Part shown: positions 1 to 13,574 of the stretch, piece by piece
Numbering within the stretch: position 1 is the first letter of the stretch
How the letters are laid out: the number at the start of each line of letters is the position of its first letter
DNA from: Lama guanicoe
Lineage: Eukaryota
Assembly: GCA_013239625.1 (NCBI GenBank)
Contig: MU053652.1
Location: 7,525,027-7,589,026, forward strand
Length of the DNA stretch: 64,000 nucleotides
Direction of reading: 5' to 3'
Made by a program: the position numbers and the translations under genes
Notes under the pieces: model-generated
Databases searched by the model: none
Told to the model about the DNA's origin: nothing
The model's input: only the letters and a program-made list of their open reading frames with translations

Positions 1-244
1 GGGGGGGCGGGGTAGAGGGTGGGAAGGGATAGACTGGGATTTCAAAATTGTAGAACAGATAAACAAGATTACACTGTATAGCACAGGGAAATATACACAA
101 AATGTTATGATAAATCACAGAGAAAAAAATGTGACAATGAGTGTGTATATGTCCATGTATGACTGAAAAATTGTGCTGAACACTGGAATTTGACACAACA
201 CTGTAAAATGATTATGAATCAATAAAAATGTAAAAAAAAAAAAA
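1..244 (+). mobile_element. Young LINE-1 3' UTR end with poly(A), camelid type; runs off the window start
   Basis: G-rich tract (1-28), ACTGTATAGCACAGGGAA and TTGACACAACACTGTAAA motifs, AATAAA at 221-226, A-tail to 244; closely matches the reverse complement of 39556-39767. Confidence 0.9.
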
Positions 245-744
245 GATTTTTTTTCCCAAAGCCTGGATTTTACTCCTACTCGAGGCACACTGAAAAACAG
301 AACCATGGTGTGCAAGGTTATTAACCAAGTGCATATATCTGCCAGAAAGTTGACATCACACCTCACTGTGTGTTGCCAGCAGGATTTCTCCTGGCAACCC
401 ATGGCTGCTTTAAGTGCAGATAGAATGGAGTTGCACAGCCAGTCTCCCTGTATGGGGTAAGGAAAGCCCGTGCAGAGACAGAGTGGGGAATGTCAGTGCT
501 TTAGGAAACGAGGTCTAGCTCTAGCTCTCCTCCTCATTGTATCTGCATCTAATTTACATGGAAAAATCAAACACCTACGAATGAATTAGATGCTCACAGA
601 ACAAAAACACTGGAGATTCATGAGCGATGTCAACGACTACGAAATCTGAAGTATTCTAAGGGGCAGTTCGTAAGTTGGTTATTTTGGGAGGAAAATATGC
701 CATATGATGCGTGATAACTAACGAAGAGAGTTTAAATGCAATAG

Positions 745-1128
745 GGATAAATTCTGTTCATTAGTCTTGTGGTGCAGAATCCAACCCTCAAATACACTGG
801 CTTGTCTTTCTTTCTCACATTTATACAGGTAGACTGGAGTATCTCTGCTTCTGACCACAGTCTGCGGGTGGACACAGGTGGGAGGGTACAGTTACCTGAG
901 GCATCTTCTCCTGGCAGAAGTCAGAAGACCCTAGATGAGTGGGTACAAGAGAGAGATGCCTCTTGAAGCCGTGGGTGAGGACTGGAACACAGCCACTTCT
1001 TCCCACACTCTTCTAGCCCAAGTAAATTCTCTGACCACGCCCAGCTCTGATGGGATAGGGAAGTTTGCTTCTCCACAGAGCTGGGGGAAAGAAAATGACT
1101 ATTTGCTGAATGATGAGCTGATCTGACA
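745..1128 (-). mobile_element. Old MaLR solo LTR (MLT1I/K/L-like), degenerate
   Basis: Resembles the reverse-strand MLT1 layout (…cccaagtaaattctctgaccacgccc…gggatagggaag…tatttgctgaatgat…); subfamily and ends uncertain. Confidence 0.5.
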
Positions 1129-1374
1129 AATCTTTTCTTTTCCTTTATAACTTAGAAAATATCAGTAATTAAGAAAGATAAATAAAACTCACTGGATAAT
1201 CCATCATTCTGAGATCATCAGTGTTAAAATCTTTAGCGTATACTCTTCCTATCTTTTATTTATAAGCACAGAGTGGAGTGAATGGTGGTAAGGCATTAAT
1301 GAAAGGTTCGTGGACAGAAGGAAAGTGTTACCAAGAAAGGGAAAAGAGGAAAGACTGGGGCAGTTTCCATAACG

Positions 1375-1583
1375 TGGTGGGATAGCAGATCAGATTGCCT
1401 GTCTCACTCTCCAAATAGCTGTGGGTTCATTAATTAGCCTCCCTAAGCCCCAGTTTTAATTTGTAAAATGGGCTTGGCAATTATGTCTACCTCATGATGT
1501 AATGTGAATATTAAATGAGTCATTGAATGTAGATAGACTAGAACCTGCAATATGATAATTACTTAGGAAAAATTAGCCACTAT
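1375..1583 (+). mobile_element. MIR SINE
   Basis: MIR core: ccctaagccccagttttaatttgtaaaatggg…tctacctcatgatg…tattaaatgag. Confidence 0.75.
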
Positions 1584-3374
1584 CCATAAATATAATGTAT
1601 CAGATTTTTATCTTTAAGAATTTATCTTTAAGATATTCTTTAAGAATTAGCCTGTTAATCTTATACGTGTTATCCATAATCTGTTCTCTCATTGACAACT
1701 CAAGGGTCTCTATTCCTGTCTGAAGCATAGTTTGAAAATTTAAATAGAATACTGGCATAATGCAGAAAAGATCTGTCTGCTTGCTTGCACAGTGGCAGAA
1801 CCTCCCAGAGCCTAAATCAGTGGTCATCTAATATTTCTTAAGATAATTTTTGTATCCTCTTTGCATTTTTAACTGGCATCTAAGATTTTCCATAATGAGT
1901 TCAAATAGATATAATTTCTGGCTTTTGATTAAAAAAATACTCTTTCAAATTCCCAGCAAAATTTAAGTATCTTAATGATTCAAAACAATACATCAACAAC
2001 TTCTTCTTTGACATTTAGGAATTTTACATCTTTTGCTTTTATTCCCCCTCGAATTCAAATTTCCACTCCATTTTTTAACCATAAAATTTTATCTTAATAT
2101 AATCTATTTTTCATTCTTGAAAGACTTTCATTAATAACCCTACCTTTATTCTTTGCAAAGAAAAAAATACATATGAAAAGTGGAAAATTTCTTTTAAAGA
2201 TTATGAACCTGAACTTTTTTTTCCTGGCTTGAATCATTACTATTGTTACTGTGCATCATAAATATATTACTGATATTGTTATATGATTATTGAATATCAA
2301 ACATAGAATTTTATTAGAAATGCATTTCTTATTGAGATTAGTAGTATTTCTTTCAATGAGTTCTTATCTCTATGAACGTGTAAGAAATTACTGGTGTGGG
2401 ACAGAGTTCTGGGTGAATTGTGTTCTGATCTTTTTGTTTTTATAGATGTGAACACAAAGAAATTATTTTCAAAGAAATCAGTAGAAGGGAATGGAAGGAA
2501 GTTTTACTTCCTTTTCATAGATGTGTCACTCAGTTCCTTAAGTGTCAAAAATCACAGTGATGTATCATCAAAAATTATTTTTAATTATAGGCTGGTTGAC
2601 ACATCTTTGAAGTCCAAAATCACAGTGATAGATCACCAAAAGTTATTTTTAGCCATTTTTAATTAGGTCTTATTTTGAGTTGGCAATAGCAAAGAACTGG
2701 AAACCACGTGACTTGAAAAATGATTTGTTGCCCAGTCATTATAGTCTATGCTTTCTCAATATCTGAGATGTAAACCAAAAAACCTTACAAATACCCAATG
2801 ACTATCAATTATACTTATTACTCTTTTCTTGAGAGGTGTATTATTTAACCCAGTATGCCTAAAAGAGTTAGAAAAAAATAGAAATATTGTTTTTGCATTA
2901 CACTCGTTCTAATACACTATTTTGTATTAAATTCTTTTTATCTTATTATATGCTTTAAATATATTTTTCTCAATAACATGGCATTGAAGAATTAACTTAT
3001 TAAATTTGTGGCAAATGTTTGCCCTACGACCTAATCAGTAAAGCATCCCCAAGCTAATCAGACTTACATTCTGTCAGAAAAATTTTGCCTTCATCTTTCA
3101 ATTTAAACAAACTTATTAATACACTGTTCAAGTGTTATTATAAAAAGCCTTGAGGAAATAAATTATATACAAAGAGACTGCCAAAAGCAGTCATTAGGAT
3201 TAAAATGATGTCAGTCATGAATAATAAATGTGTTGTGAAAATAATACACCAGTAAGTTGTTTCTTATTACTTACTTTGTAAAAATTTAGTGAAATGTTTA
3301 ACTAAAACTGTAAGTTCTTTACAAAGCAGGAAGGATAATGTAAGACTTGGTGATCCTTCAGGACATGTGAGGGT

Positions 3375-3868
3375 TTATCAGCTAGCTAACAACAGAATAC
3401 TGCTGCAAAACAACTAAGCATGTCACATCAGTGTTCCATGAGAGTAGACCTTTATTTCTCACATTTATTTCTAGTGTCAGTTGATCTAGGCTAGCCTGGA
3501 CTGGGTTGCTTTTCTATTTCTAGCTAGGCTCCTTAATTTGCCTGGGAATCAGCTGATGATCGAGGCTGGGCTCAGAGGGCTGATGGCTTAGCTTTTCTGC
3601 ATGTCTCCTGTTTTTCTGAGATGAGCAGGTTAACCTGGGCATGTCCTTCATAAGGTGATGGCAGAATCCAAAAAGAACAAGTGTTTCCAAACACTTAAGC
3701 CTCTTGTGGCTTAGGCTGGAAATTGGCATACTGTTTCTCATTTTATTGGCCAAAGCAAGTCACAAGGCCAACAGGACGTCATGCTGGGTCCTGGGAAACA
3801 GTTGCATGATTAAGGACATGGATACAGGAAAGAATGGAGAATGGACGCCAGTAATTCAGTCTACCACT
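3375..3868 (-). mobile_element. MaLR solo LTR (MLT1G/H-like)
   Basis: Diagnostic ttattggccaaagcaagtcacaaggccaa, cctgggcatgtccttcat and terminal cagtctaccac. Confidence 0.7.
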
Positions 3869-6249
3869 GCCTGGGTAATGACCTTTGGGCTTCTGGACTT
3901 CAGCTTTTAGAAATAATTAAATGTGAATCAAATGTAAATATTAGACATAACTCAACTGGGTTCATTAGCTACCATGATCTAACATTCCCTGTATACTGAA
4001 GAAAGGAGAAGGCGAAAATCATATCCTGCTAAAATCTAATCAATCTGGCAACTGGCATGTAGTTTTATTTCTTGTTAGTAAGAGATAGAAAACATTAAAC
4101 ATTTTCTAACATGAAATAAAATTAGGACCACCATTCATTGGTATAAATATCTCCTTTTTCTTTACAAAATCATCCTAAACATCTTATTGAGTAAGGTGTA
4201 CCAAATTTGAACTAACTTATGTTGAAGTTTTACCTTTGAATTTAACCAAGATACACTGAGAAAGTTGGGTGACATGAAATGCATCTCAGATACATTTAAA
4301 AGGATGAACGTCACTCATCTTTACTACTGAGGCTATTTGAAAGTTATTTTCTTTCCAACTAAATAACATGTCTTCCTTAAGAGATCTGAAAAGAGTGGGG
4401 AAAAAATTGCTCACCGTTAAGTCAGTGCTGGTTTTGTACTTACTTCTTACTGATGGCTACTTTGCTTACGGCACTTTTTCTCTCAATAGTGATGCGTCCT
4501 TTGAAACTGGTAGGGGAATGAAAAACAAGTTCTTAAATAATTGTCTTCAGCCTAGGATATATCTGAATTTCGAACATCCCAACATGCATCAAAAACACCC
4601 ACTTCTTACAGAAACGTATGTAAAATAGGGATAGAGCAGGTGTAGGGCGACTTTAAAATGCAGTTTAAAAATTATCACGCATGTCTCCACCTCTTGTATT
4701 TTATGTTTCTTTACTCAAATTAATTCTGTATGCTTTTTTAGGCCTAGATGAATTTTGGGACAGTTTTGTCAAGTTCAAGCAATATCTTTTAAGATTTGGC
4801 TTGGAGTGGGTTTAAGGATAGGTTACCTTGAGGAAGCTGTCACAACTTTGCCGTATTATTTTCCTATACAGGATTATGACATTCATATATTTATTTATTA
4901 AAGAGTCATTAATATTCATAAGCTAAAAACCTTATCTCCTTTCCATAAGTCCTTCACATTTCTTTCTTAGGTTATTATTTGATATTTCTGTATCTACTGT
5001 TGGGAATGAAAATTGCTTTTAGTTATAATTACTGATTTTTTTAAATAGAAAAGAATCTCAGAACACGTATTTTCTGGGTTGTTATTATTTAAATGGATGG
5101 CCTCAGGATTTTTACATTTAGGGAATTTTAATTAATGTTTACTAAAGTAAATATTAATTTAATTATACTTTAGAGATGCATGTATAAATTTTATCTTTTA
5201 TTTAATAATTTAGGTACTTTTAAATGACTTTCAAACTTTTTAAGCTTTCCATTCCTGAACTTCCAGTATCTTTAGTTTGAAAAGTCTCTGCTTGCTATTT
5301 ATTATTGTTGGTTATAATGAACCATTCAGAATTTCAAAGATCTAAACCCATTCTCTAAATAAAGTATAGGTATAATTAGATATGTTTGGCTGGTTGCTGT
5401 TTCATTGAAGTATATAATTCCCTTTGTCCATCCTTGCAAAGATATTTTTAGCAATTCACAATAAGAAAAAAATGTCCTGAATAAGTTCTCATTAGAAATT
5501 TCCAAGGAATACAGAAAGAGTTTATGGTTCTTTTCCTCTCCTTAAAGGATTTCTCTCCTACAACCACAATAAAATATGTCCCATGGGCATGTATTTTGAT
5601 GTACCTGAAAAAGAAAGTCAGATTTATAACCTCTGGTTAAAATATGGAAAATTTATATATTCGATGTGGCTCTAACTATTACAGTATATGGATGTTTTAA
5701 GCAACTGTCATACAGAGATACAAATGACAAATTTTTGCTTTAATTTTCTTGCAGAAAAATATGTGTTGTTTTAAATTATTTTTAGTTCAAAGACTGATAG
5801 AATCAGTAGTTGTTAAAAAAATATTGTCAATCCTTCTCCCAAGTCAACCATAATAATACAACAAAAAGAAGTATAACCCATTACGAGTGTCATCAGCAGT
5901 CACCTTACTCAGTGCCCGCTGAAAATTGATGGCAAAATCGGCAATGACTCCTTTAATTTGCTCACATTCATCTTGAAAGTCAAAAGAACGAATGGACTAT
6001 TTTCAAAAGATGGGAAGAGGCAATTTATCTCTGTTCATACTGGACGAAATATCTCTGCCCATCAGCAGAGTAAACAGAAACAAGGGAGGGGGATGGGGGA
6101 AAATGATGATATTGGGGGAGGGGAGGAGAGAAAGGATACATTTTTAATAAAGGATGACAGAATATTAGAGACAGAATTTTTAAAAAGAGGAATCATGGTT
6201 AAGACTGAGAAGAAAAAAATCAAAGGAAATAATAAAAGAAGAATGGAAT

Positions 6250-7227
6250 AAACAGACATGTTGCAATGAACCAGGGACAAATATAGTTATGGTAGAGAAG
6301 AAAATCTGTGAAACCCCCCAAAAAAAAAAAAAGAAATGGGGTACTATTATAGGTTAAAATTCTGAGCCCCTGATGTTATTGAATTATAAGCCCTAGAATA
6401 AGGTAAATATCTACAAGTCCATACCGATGTAAATTGAATAAATAGATCAATGAGAAGGGACAGCTTTTTCCCTATTGAAGAATTCCAGTTAATAAATTGC
6501 ATGAATAAGAGAAAAATTACCATTAGGCAAACAGCAAAACAATCATAATTGTTGCAGGCATGATCTACCAATGGATGCTAAAATTAATGGGTGAAACTTT
6601 AAGGAGGAGCTGAATATTTTAATAGCCTCAAATATTTTCCCCAAGGTATTTATTAATGACAAGTGGGCAAACAGTAACCTACAGGGGAGAAACTCAAGAC
6701 CTATAGATGGGACCTTAGCCAAATAATCACCAGCAATGTCACTAATAATAAGGCACTGACATTATTATCCTCTGACATGCACCAAGAAGGGCACAAAATC
6801 AATTCTGTGATCTCTCTAAACACGTATAAGCCCATGAACTAACATCAAATAAAACCAAATGAGATGAGAAATATTTTATGAATTAACTGATCAATACTCT
6901 TCAAAAGTGCAAGGTCTTAAAAGACAAAGAAAGGTGGAAAAAAAGATTGGAGGAGACTAAGAAGACAGGACAACAAAATGCAGTGTGGAATCTCGGACCA
7001 GATCTGGAAAAGAGAAAGGTCATTAGTGGAAAACCTGGTGGTATTTAGCTAAGGTCTGTATTTTAATAAATAGTAATGTGCCAACATTAATTCCCTGGTT
7101 TTGGTCTTTTTACCGTGGTTATGTAAGATGTTAACATTAGGGGGCGCTGAGTGAAGCAGCTATGGAAATGACTATTTTTGCAACTTCTCTGATATCTAAC
7201 ATTATTTCAAAATGAAAGTTAAAAAAA
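6250..7227 (+). mobile_element. Ancient L1 3' end (L1MC/L1ME-like)
   Basis: aaaagacaaagaaagg…gagactaagaagac…aaatgcagtgtgg…ggttatgtaagatgttaacattagggg…tttttgcaacttctctg…attatttcaaaatgaaagttaaaaaaa; 5' boundary approximate. Confidence 0.8.
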
Positions 7228-9369
7228 TTCTGAGCAAACATTTTAGACAAGAATTCTGTTGTAGGGATAATGTACTGATACATTTATTTGTGTTCGGTTT
7301 TGCTGTTTTTTTGGTATACCAAGTGGTGGTTTTTGTTTTGTTTTGTTTTATTTTCTTCAGTATCTGCATCCTTTACAAGGATTGACGAAGTGCTCTTTCC
7401 TGAAGGGTGAACAATGGGCACTGGAATTCTCAGCTCCAACCAAGATTCTGGATTCCAGGCTGTGTGATGTGACCAGGACCTGGAAGAGTTACAACTTCCC
7501 GGGGACTCTGTGGACTTGGGCAATTACCAAGCCAGTATCAATCATAATAGACTCATCTGAAGGGCATTTATCTATTCTCTTGGTACCAGATAATTCTGGA
7601 TCCCTATGCTATGATGGGGGTAATGAGAGGGGAATAACCCCAAATTCACTTACATTCCCATCAAATGGCTGGGTAGAGGTTTAGATCTGATTTAATTTGA
7701 TTTAAAGAAAATAATAGGCTATTTCTTGCATCTTCAAGGTTGTAGATTAAAATTTACAGTCACAACCCCTTCTAAATATTCTATTAAGTATTAATAAATA
7801 AAATCATGATGAAGAAATACTCTCTTCTTTTTTTGAATCACACATAAAGCAGAAGTTCTCTGACTTGAAATGATAATATTTCTAAATCTCTCTGCTCCAG
7901 CCTTTGGAAAAATCCCTACTATTGATTATTTGGCTCATGTATCTGTAAAATATGGTTTCTCCAGCCATTTTGTTTTTCTTTTTGAGATTTAGAAGAATTG
8001 GCAATTTTCATGATGTGTTTCCATTTTCGTAACTTTGAGGTTTAAATTGGTGTGCTTTACGGCAGTGGATTCAGAGAAGGCACCTGACAGGCTCGTCAAA
8101 CAGGGCATGAAACATTTCAGTAACCACTTTCTCTGCTTAGCAACCAGATGAATCTCTCTCTCGTTTGGTTTAGACAAGCAAGCAAACTTTTAATTTACAG
8201 AGGACTTTGATTTTTGACTTGATTCTACTAAAGTTCAGAAAAGATGTTCCCAGGGTTACACTCCATCACCACCAATTTCTGTTTTCTCCATGGTGTGTGA
8301 GTGCATTTCAGTGAGGAAAGAAGAGTTTGATAGATGACTTATCCAGAAAATAAATAACACAGTGTTTGCCAACTGCCGCTGTCTTTTATGCCTGGGTAAC
8401 CTGGATTTGCATTAGAATCCAGCCAGAATTTAACAGCATAATTTATGGTGCTTCCAAAAGATCTGTTTTTTTTTTTTAATTCCCTGGACTGACCATCCAA
8501 GTTCATTCTTACTGCCACATTAGCAATTTAGAGGTTTCTATTTTCCCCTTGAAATTGTCCGTTTTAGAATTGACAGGTGTATCCAAAGTAAATATTCTTT
8601 AAATCATCACAAATAGTTTATAATGACGTTTTTCCTGACTTATATGGCTTTCATTGGGCTTTGGAGCCAAACTTTGATTTTTTGATCAGTACTTGGAAGC
8701 TTCACTAACTAGACAATTAGGGCTACATGTTTACCCTCTGAGCTTTAAAATACAGTATCAACCCTATGGGTTAGAACATAGGTTATCAATGACAAAAGAA
8801 AAAGATGGGAGACTTGGCCACAAGACTTTCTGGTAAGTAAGTTAAGTGTGTTAATACATATAAGATTATTAATCAGAATGAAAGCACAGTAATACCATTT
8901 AAAAGACTGACTTTAACTCTTCTTTCTCAGATTCCACGAATTCCAAGCACATCCATGATTTCCATGTTGGTCTATCTTCAGTTCTTTATTTACTCATTCA
9001 ACGTACAGGACTAACAACCTAGCAAGAGAGAATGTATCGATTCTCTCGTATTTCCACATCTTATGATTGTGACTTCTCTTGGTTAATAAGTGAAATGGCA
9101 ACCAGTTATTTTTTTCCAAAGTGCTTAAGAATAGGGAGTATTATTGTAAGTATTTTCAGCATGTAGATGCAGTCATATACCTGATTGTTTATTAATAATT
9201 TGGCTTTCTGCAATTGGCCTCAGTGAAATATGAATCTGATCTGGCCTCTTCTGAGTAATGAAAGAGGAAGTCCTTGGGGTCTTCAAAGCAATGACTGAGT
9301 CACAGCCAGCCTAACCTTAAATCATAATGTTATATCACTTATAAGTTTATTCTTTTACTGATCTGTATG

Positions 9370-9550
9370 GAATACATCTCTGTGTTACTAGCCATATGAT
9401 TTTAAGCAAATTACCTAAACTTCTTCAAGCCAATTTTCCCTAATCCTAAATGAAGCCGATAATTTTTACCTTCTGGAGATATTGTTTGGACTAATTACAA
9501 TACTTAGAATGTGCATGGCACTTTGGTACATAAATATTTAATAAGTGGTA
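9370..9550 (+). mobile_element. MIR fragment
   Basis: ttactagccatatgattttaagcaaattacctaaacttcttcaagcc…. Confidence 0.55.
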
Positions 9551-9729
9551 GTAAAATTAAAATTCAGTAAGCCCAATGTAATTAATGTTCTTATAACAAA
9601 ATCTGTCACTTTTCACTGCCTTTGAGGTAAAGACAACTCTAGCGGCACGACCTCAGAAAATCGACATTAGAAGATCAGGAACACATCTCACTTGCTTTAT
9701 GAAAGTCATATTCTCCAAACCTGAGCACT

Positions 9730-10380
9730 GAAGGCAATATTATTGGTCATCTGGTCTAATTTCATCACAAAGAAATCCTTACTAGAACTTCATCTAATTC
9801 TTAAAAACTTCTTAGTGATTGAACACTGACCTCTTTACAAGACCAATTTCTTACTCTAATTTTGGGTAAACCTACCCACGAAGCTGAAATGTCTGTCTTT
9901 GCAACATCTGTCCCTTAATTCTATTTGCCTCTAAATAACAAGTCATACAAATAATTCCTATTTAAAAACTCCTATCATGTTTCCGTTAAATTGTTTTCCT
10001 ATCCCAAATTCCCTCAAATGTTTCTCATATTTCAAAATTTCTAGGTTGTTTGACATCTTTTAAGTGTAAGACGAGGCTTCTCCACCCAAACAGAATAGTC
10101 CATAAGTTCACAATGGTGGTGAATGATGGGAAGATGGGACTATGGTCTTCTTTGATCCAAATACTGTCCTCCTACCATTGTAGCCTAACAGTAAAATCCA
10201 TGTTTGTCACCTTGTTTCAGCACCCAATCACAATTTTTTGTTCACGCTGAGCTTATAGACAATTAAGTTCTTTTTTTTTTTTTTACAATAACTTCTATCA
10301 GCGTAGGGTTTTCGTAAGTGCAATATCTGACTATGGGGTTTTAACCCTGACTTTAGGCCTCCACAGTTACCTTAAACATC
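9730..10380 (-). mobile_element. L3/CR1 LINE relic
   Basis: ggtcatctggtctaat 3'-end-like motif and …cacaattttttgttcacgctgagcttatagacaattaag resembling reverse-strand L3. Confidence 0.45.
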
Positions 10381-13300
10381 GTCTCCTTGATTTGTTTTCA
10401 CCTACTATAGTATTTATTCATTTCAGACTTATTCAGACATAGGTGTGATACTCATTATATCATCAAACAATTCACAATATATTAAACAAAATAGGGAAGT
10501 TGATCTGATAACTACCGAGGTATATAGTGAGTTTGAATTTAAAGAATTTTTTGTTATTCCTCTAGGTAGAAATCTAAAGAGAGGTAGAACAGAAAATATT
10601 CTTATACTGCAATATATTTGTCAATTTTCTTAAACAGAATTCCCTTGATTATAAAAGATTCAGTAGGACACATAGGATAATGAATTTAAAAATGTATTCT
10701 TGATTCATTAATGGTTTGAATCAAAATAGTTGAATGCATCCATGGGCCAGATTCAGCAGTTTATAAGGCAGTAGTGTCATTTACAAAATTTGAGTATATA
10801 AATCAGACAATAACAGCTATTTTTATTCTAAGGTTTTACTTATTGCAGTTTATAAAATCTTATCATTTATTAAAATTTCAGCCTGTGAACTTTATTGACA
10901 TCAAATGAATTTCACACAGGTTTTGTCACTATAAAATTTTCGTTTCTGAGGCAGGATTTTCTATATAAAGAAGGCAGTGCAGAGTTTACTAAACCACGAG
11001 CAATGGCTATTTGCAGTGAAGCTGGGCTTTCAAAGGCAGTTCAATGTTATTTACTTTTTGGAATTTAGTATTTATACTTCCTTAGACAAATTATTTTTGT
11101 TAGAACTTTGATGATATATGTTCCTCACAGTCAGACAAGTACAATGAGAGAAAGAAATCATTCTTCTCAATTTATGAAAACACACAACTACCAATAAGAC
11201 AAACCAGCAAGGTACCTGAGAGTGTTTCCCATAATTTACTACTTGCAAAGCATCTAATGCAATTAAATACTTTCCAGCCTTTTAAACAAAGGAAGTAAAA
11301 GGGCAATTAAACCTTGTATTGGCTCCACCCCAAAAGGCCCCCAAAATATTGATTAGTCAATTCAGTTAAACAATATGTTTGAACACAGCATAATAACAAA
11401 TTTGTTCATTACTAAATTATTACTAAGTGCTCCCTAAGCTTCATTCCATGCAGTAATTCTAAGTGTATTATGTTATACTATAAAATGAGTGCAAGTTCTG
11501 CTCCCAATTTTAGGTGTCTTCATGTTTAAAAGGAATTAAATTTCAATTGCACACCATAGTGGGCTCCTTCTCTGCGTTAAGTCTTACTATGATTCTGAGT
11601 GAGCAGACTTCACCACTCTTAGACCCAAATCCAAATACACCTTCTCGGTACACTAACTACTCACTCCAGAAAACATCTCGGGCCCGTCATTGTTCAGAAC
11701 GGCTTTTCTCTAATCCCCTCTAGTTCAGTATGATTTTTTTTTGACAGAGCTCCATCCACCCCTGGGGAGGCAAGAAGTCATCTCTGGTGGGTATGAGGCA
11801 GCACAGGTGACAATCCCTGGCAAGAGGCCCCGACTACACTTCAGCACAGGGAACACAGTATAATGAAATCCACAGCCCCGAGGCCAGGAACTAGACCTTT
11901 CTCTCTATTTTATTCTGTGCCAAGTTTTCACTCATGGCTCAAAAAAACAAAAATAAAATTAAAACAAGAAACTCCATGTGCATAGGGAGGCCACATTATA
12001 TAGAGTATGAGGTCAAATTCTAGGAAACAAAGAAACTATTCAAATACGAAAAATAAAATGGCAAAATAGCCGTTAAAAGCTGTAAAAGAAAAGGAGGAAA
12101 GATCAAAAATAAATTCCATGTTCAAAAGGAAAACGTGTCAATTGTCAAATGATGGAAAAAGAAAAATGGCACAATGAAACGTTTACATGGAGGCTGTGAA
12201 GTTCTAACTATGAAATCAAGTGTCTTTGAGGTCAAGTAAAAAACATGCATTACTATGTGTAGTGCACTGTGTTAGGTACAGTGAATAGACAAAAAAGAGT
12301 AATACTCTCTTCTAAGAACATTCAGACCAGCAATGGGAACACACAGAAGCAAACAGAATGTGAACTTCTTTGTGGTCCAGGACTGCAGCAATGCTGTTTT
12401 GTCTCCTCATCATCTCTGTAAAGTACCTCTTGTTCATGGCCAACATTCATTTAAGATTTGGGAGTCTAGACTTTTTCTTCACCATAAGTCTAACTAAACT
12501 TCTGTGTTTCTTCAATTTCCTATTGACAGTTGGTCCATCACCTTCACTTCAGAGTCCCATGATCAATTTCAATAACCTTAAGAGCAGATCTGGATTTCAT
12601 GGGATGCAAAGCACATTATAGCTCCTCTTTAAGAAAAGGGGCACAACTTATGAATACAAAGTAAGTACAAAAGTAAATATTCTTTAGATGAGAAATCACA
12701 ATAAATTTTCAACTTTAAAAAGCTATCCAATACTTTTTCTACATTTACCGAGGTATATTCTGATTTCCTATTCCTAATTAGATGAATTGTGACTACATTT
12801 TCTGTACACATAACAGAATAATTTAGTCTTTCCCCCTGACAAGTTTGGTGGAAATTTGTTTCATTTTTAATACTGATAATTTAGGAAACTTTTTTTGGCT
12901 TCATCATTCATTATTGTTAATATCATATAAATAATGCAGGATTGTTTTCCAATTTGGGAAAAATTTTATCAATTTTCTTTTATGCATGGGCTGTTAGTCT
13001 TCTTGCATGATGCCTCATTTGAAATTTATTTTGAACTGAAGACACTTAGTAAGATAATTTGTTGTCATGGTCACCATGCCAGGAAGATAAATGGGTCCAC
13101 TGTGTGCGGTGGGAGTGTTCCTACAACCCACCCCTGCACCAGGGGGCCTATAACTCAATTATACATGGAAATAACCGCAAGCTATATAAATACATCCCAG
13201 TCAATTCAAATTAGATGTATTCCTAAATGAACTTTACATTTCTGTGCCTACTACTCCAACACCACCAACAAGAGCAAACATATGAGGAAAGGCAAGTGAT

Positions 13301-13574
13301 AATTGAAAGCAATGACAGCTTTAATCCATCACAGGGAGAAAGATATGACCATACGATCATATCACAAGGACCCTTCTGCAAGGCCTGGAAACAGGAAGTC
13401 GCTCGTCGGTGAATGGGCCTCTGGATTACCTCTTTTGCACTTCTGTCATCCACTCTCATGACCATCCTGTGGTTAACAGTCTGTATTTCATTCTGTCTCC
13501 TCCTCTCTCCCCGTCTCCCTCCCCTCCCGCTTCTACCCTTCCTCCACCCTCTGTTTGCCTTGCAAACCAAAGAC

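Noticed and set aside
13136..13150. CTCF-like GCACCAGGGGGCCTA
   Set aside because: Mismatches at both ends of the core; too weak without data
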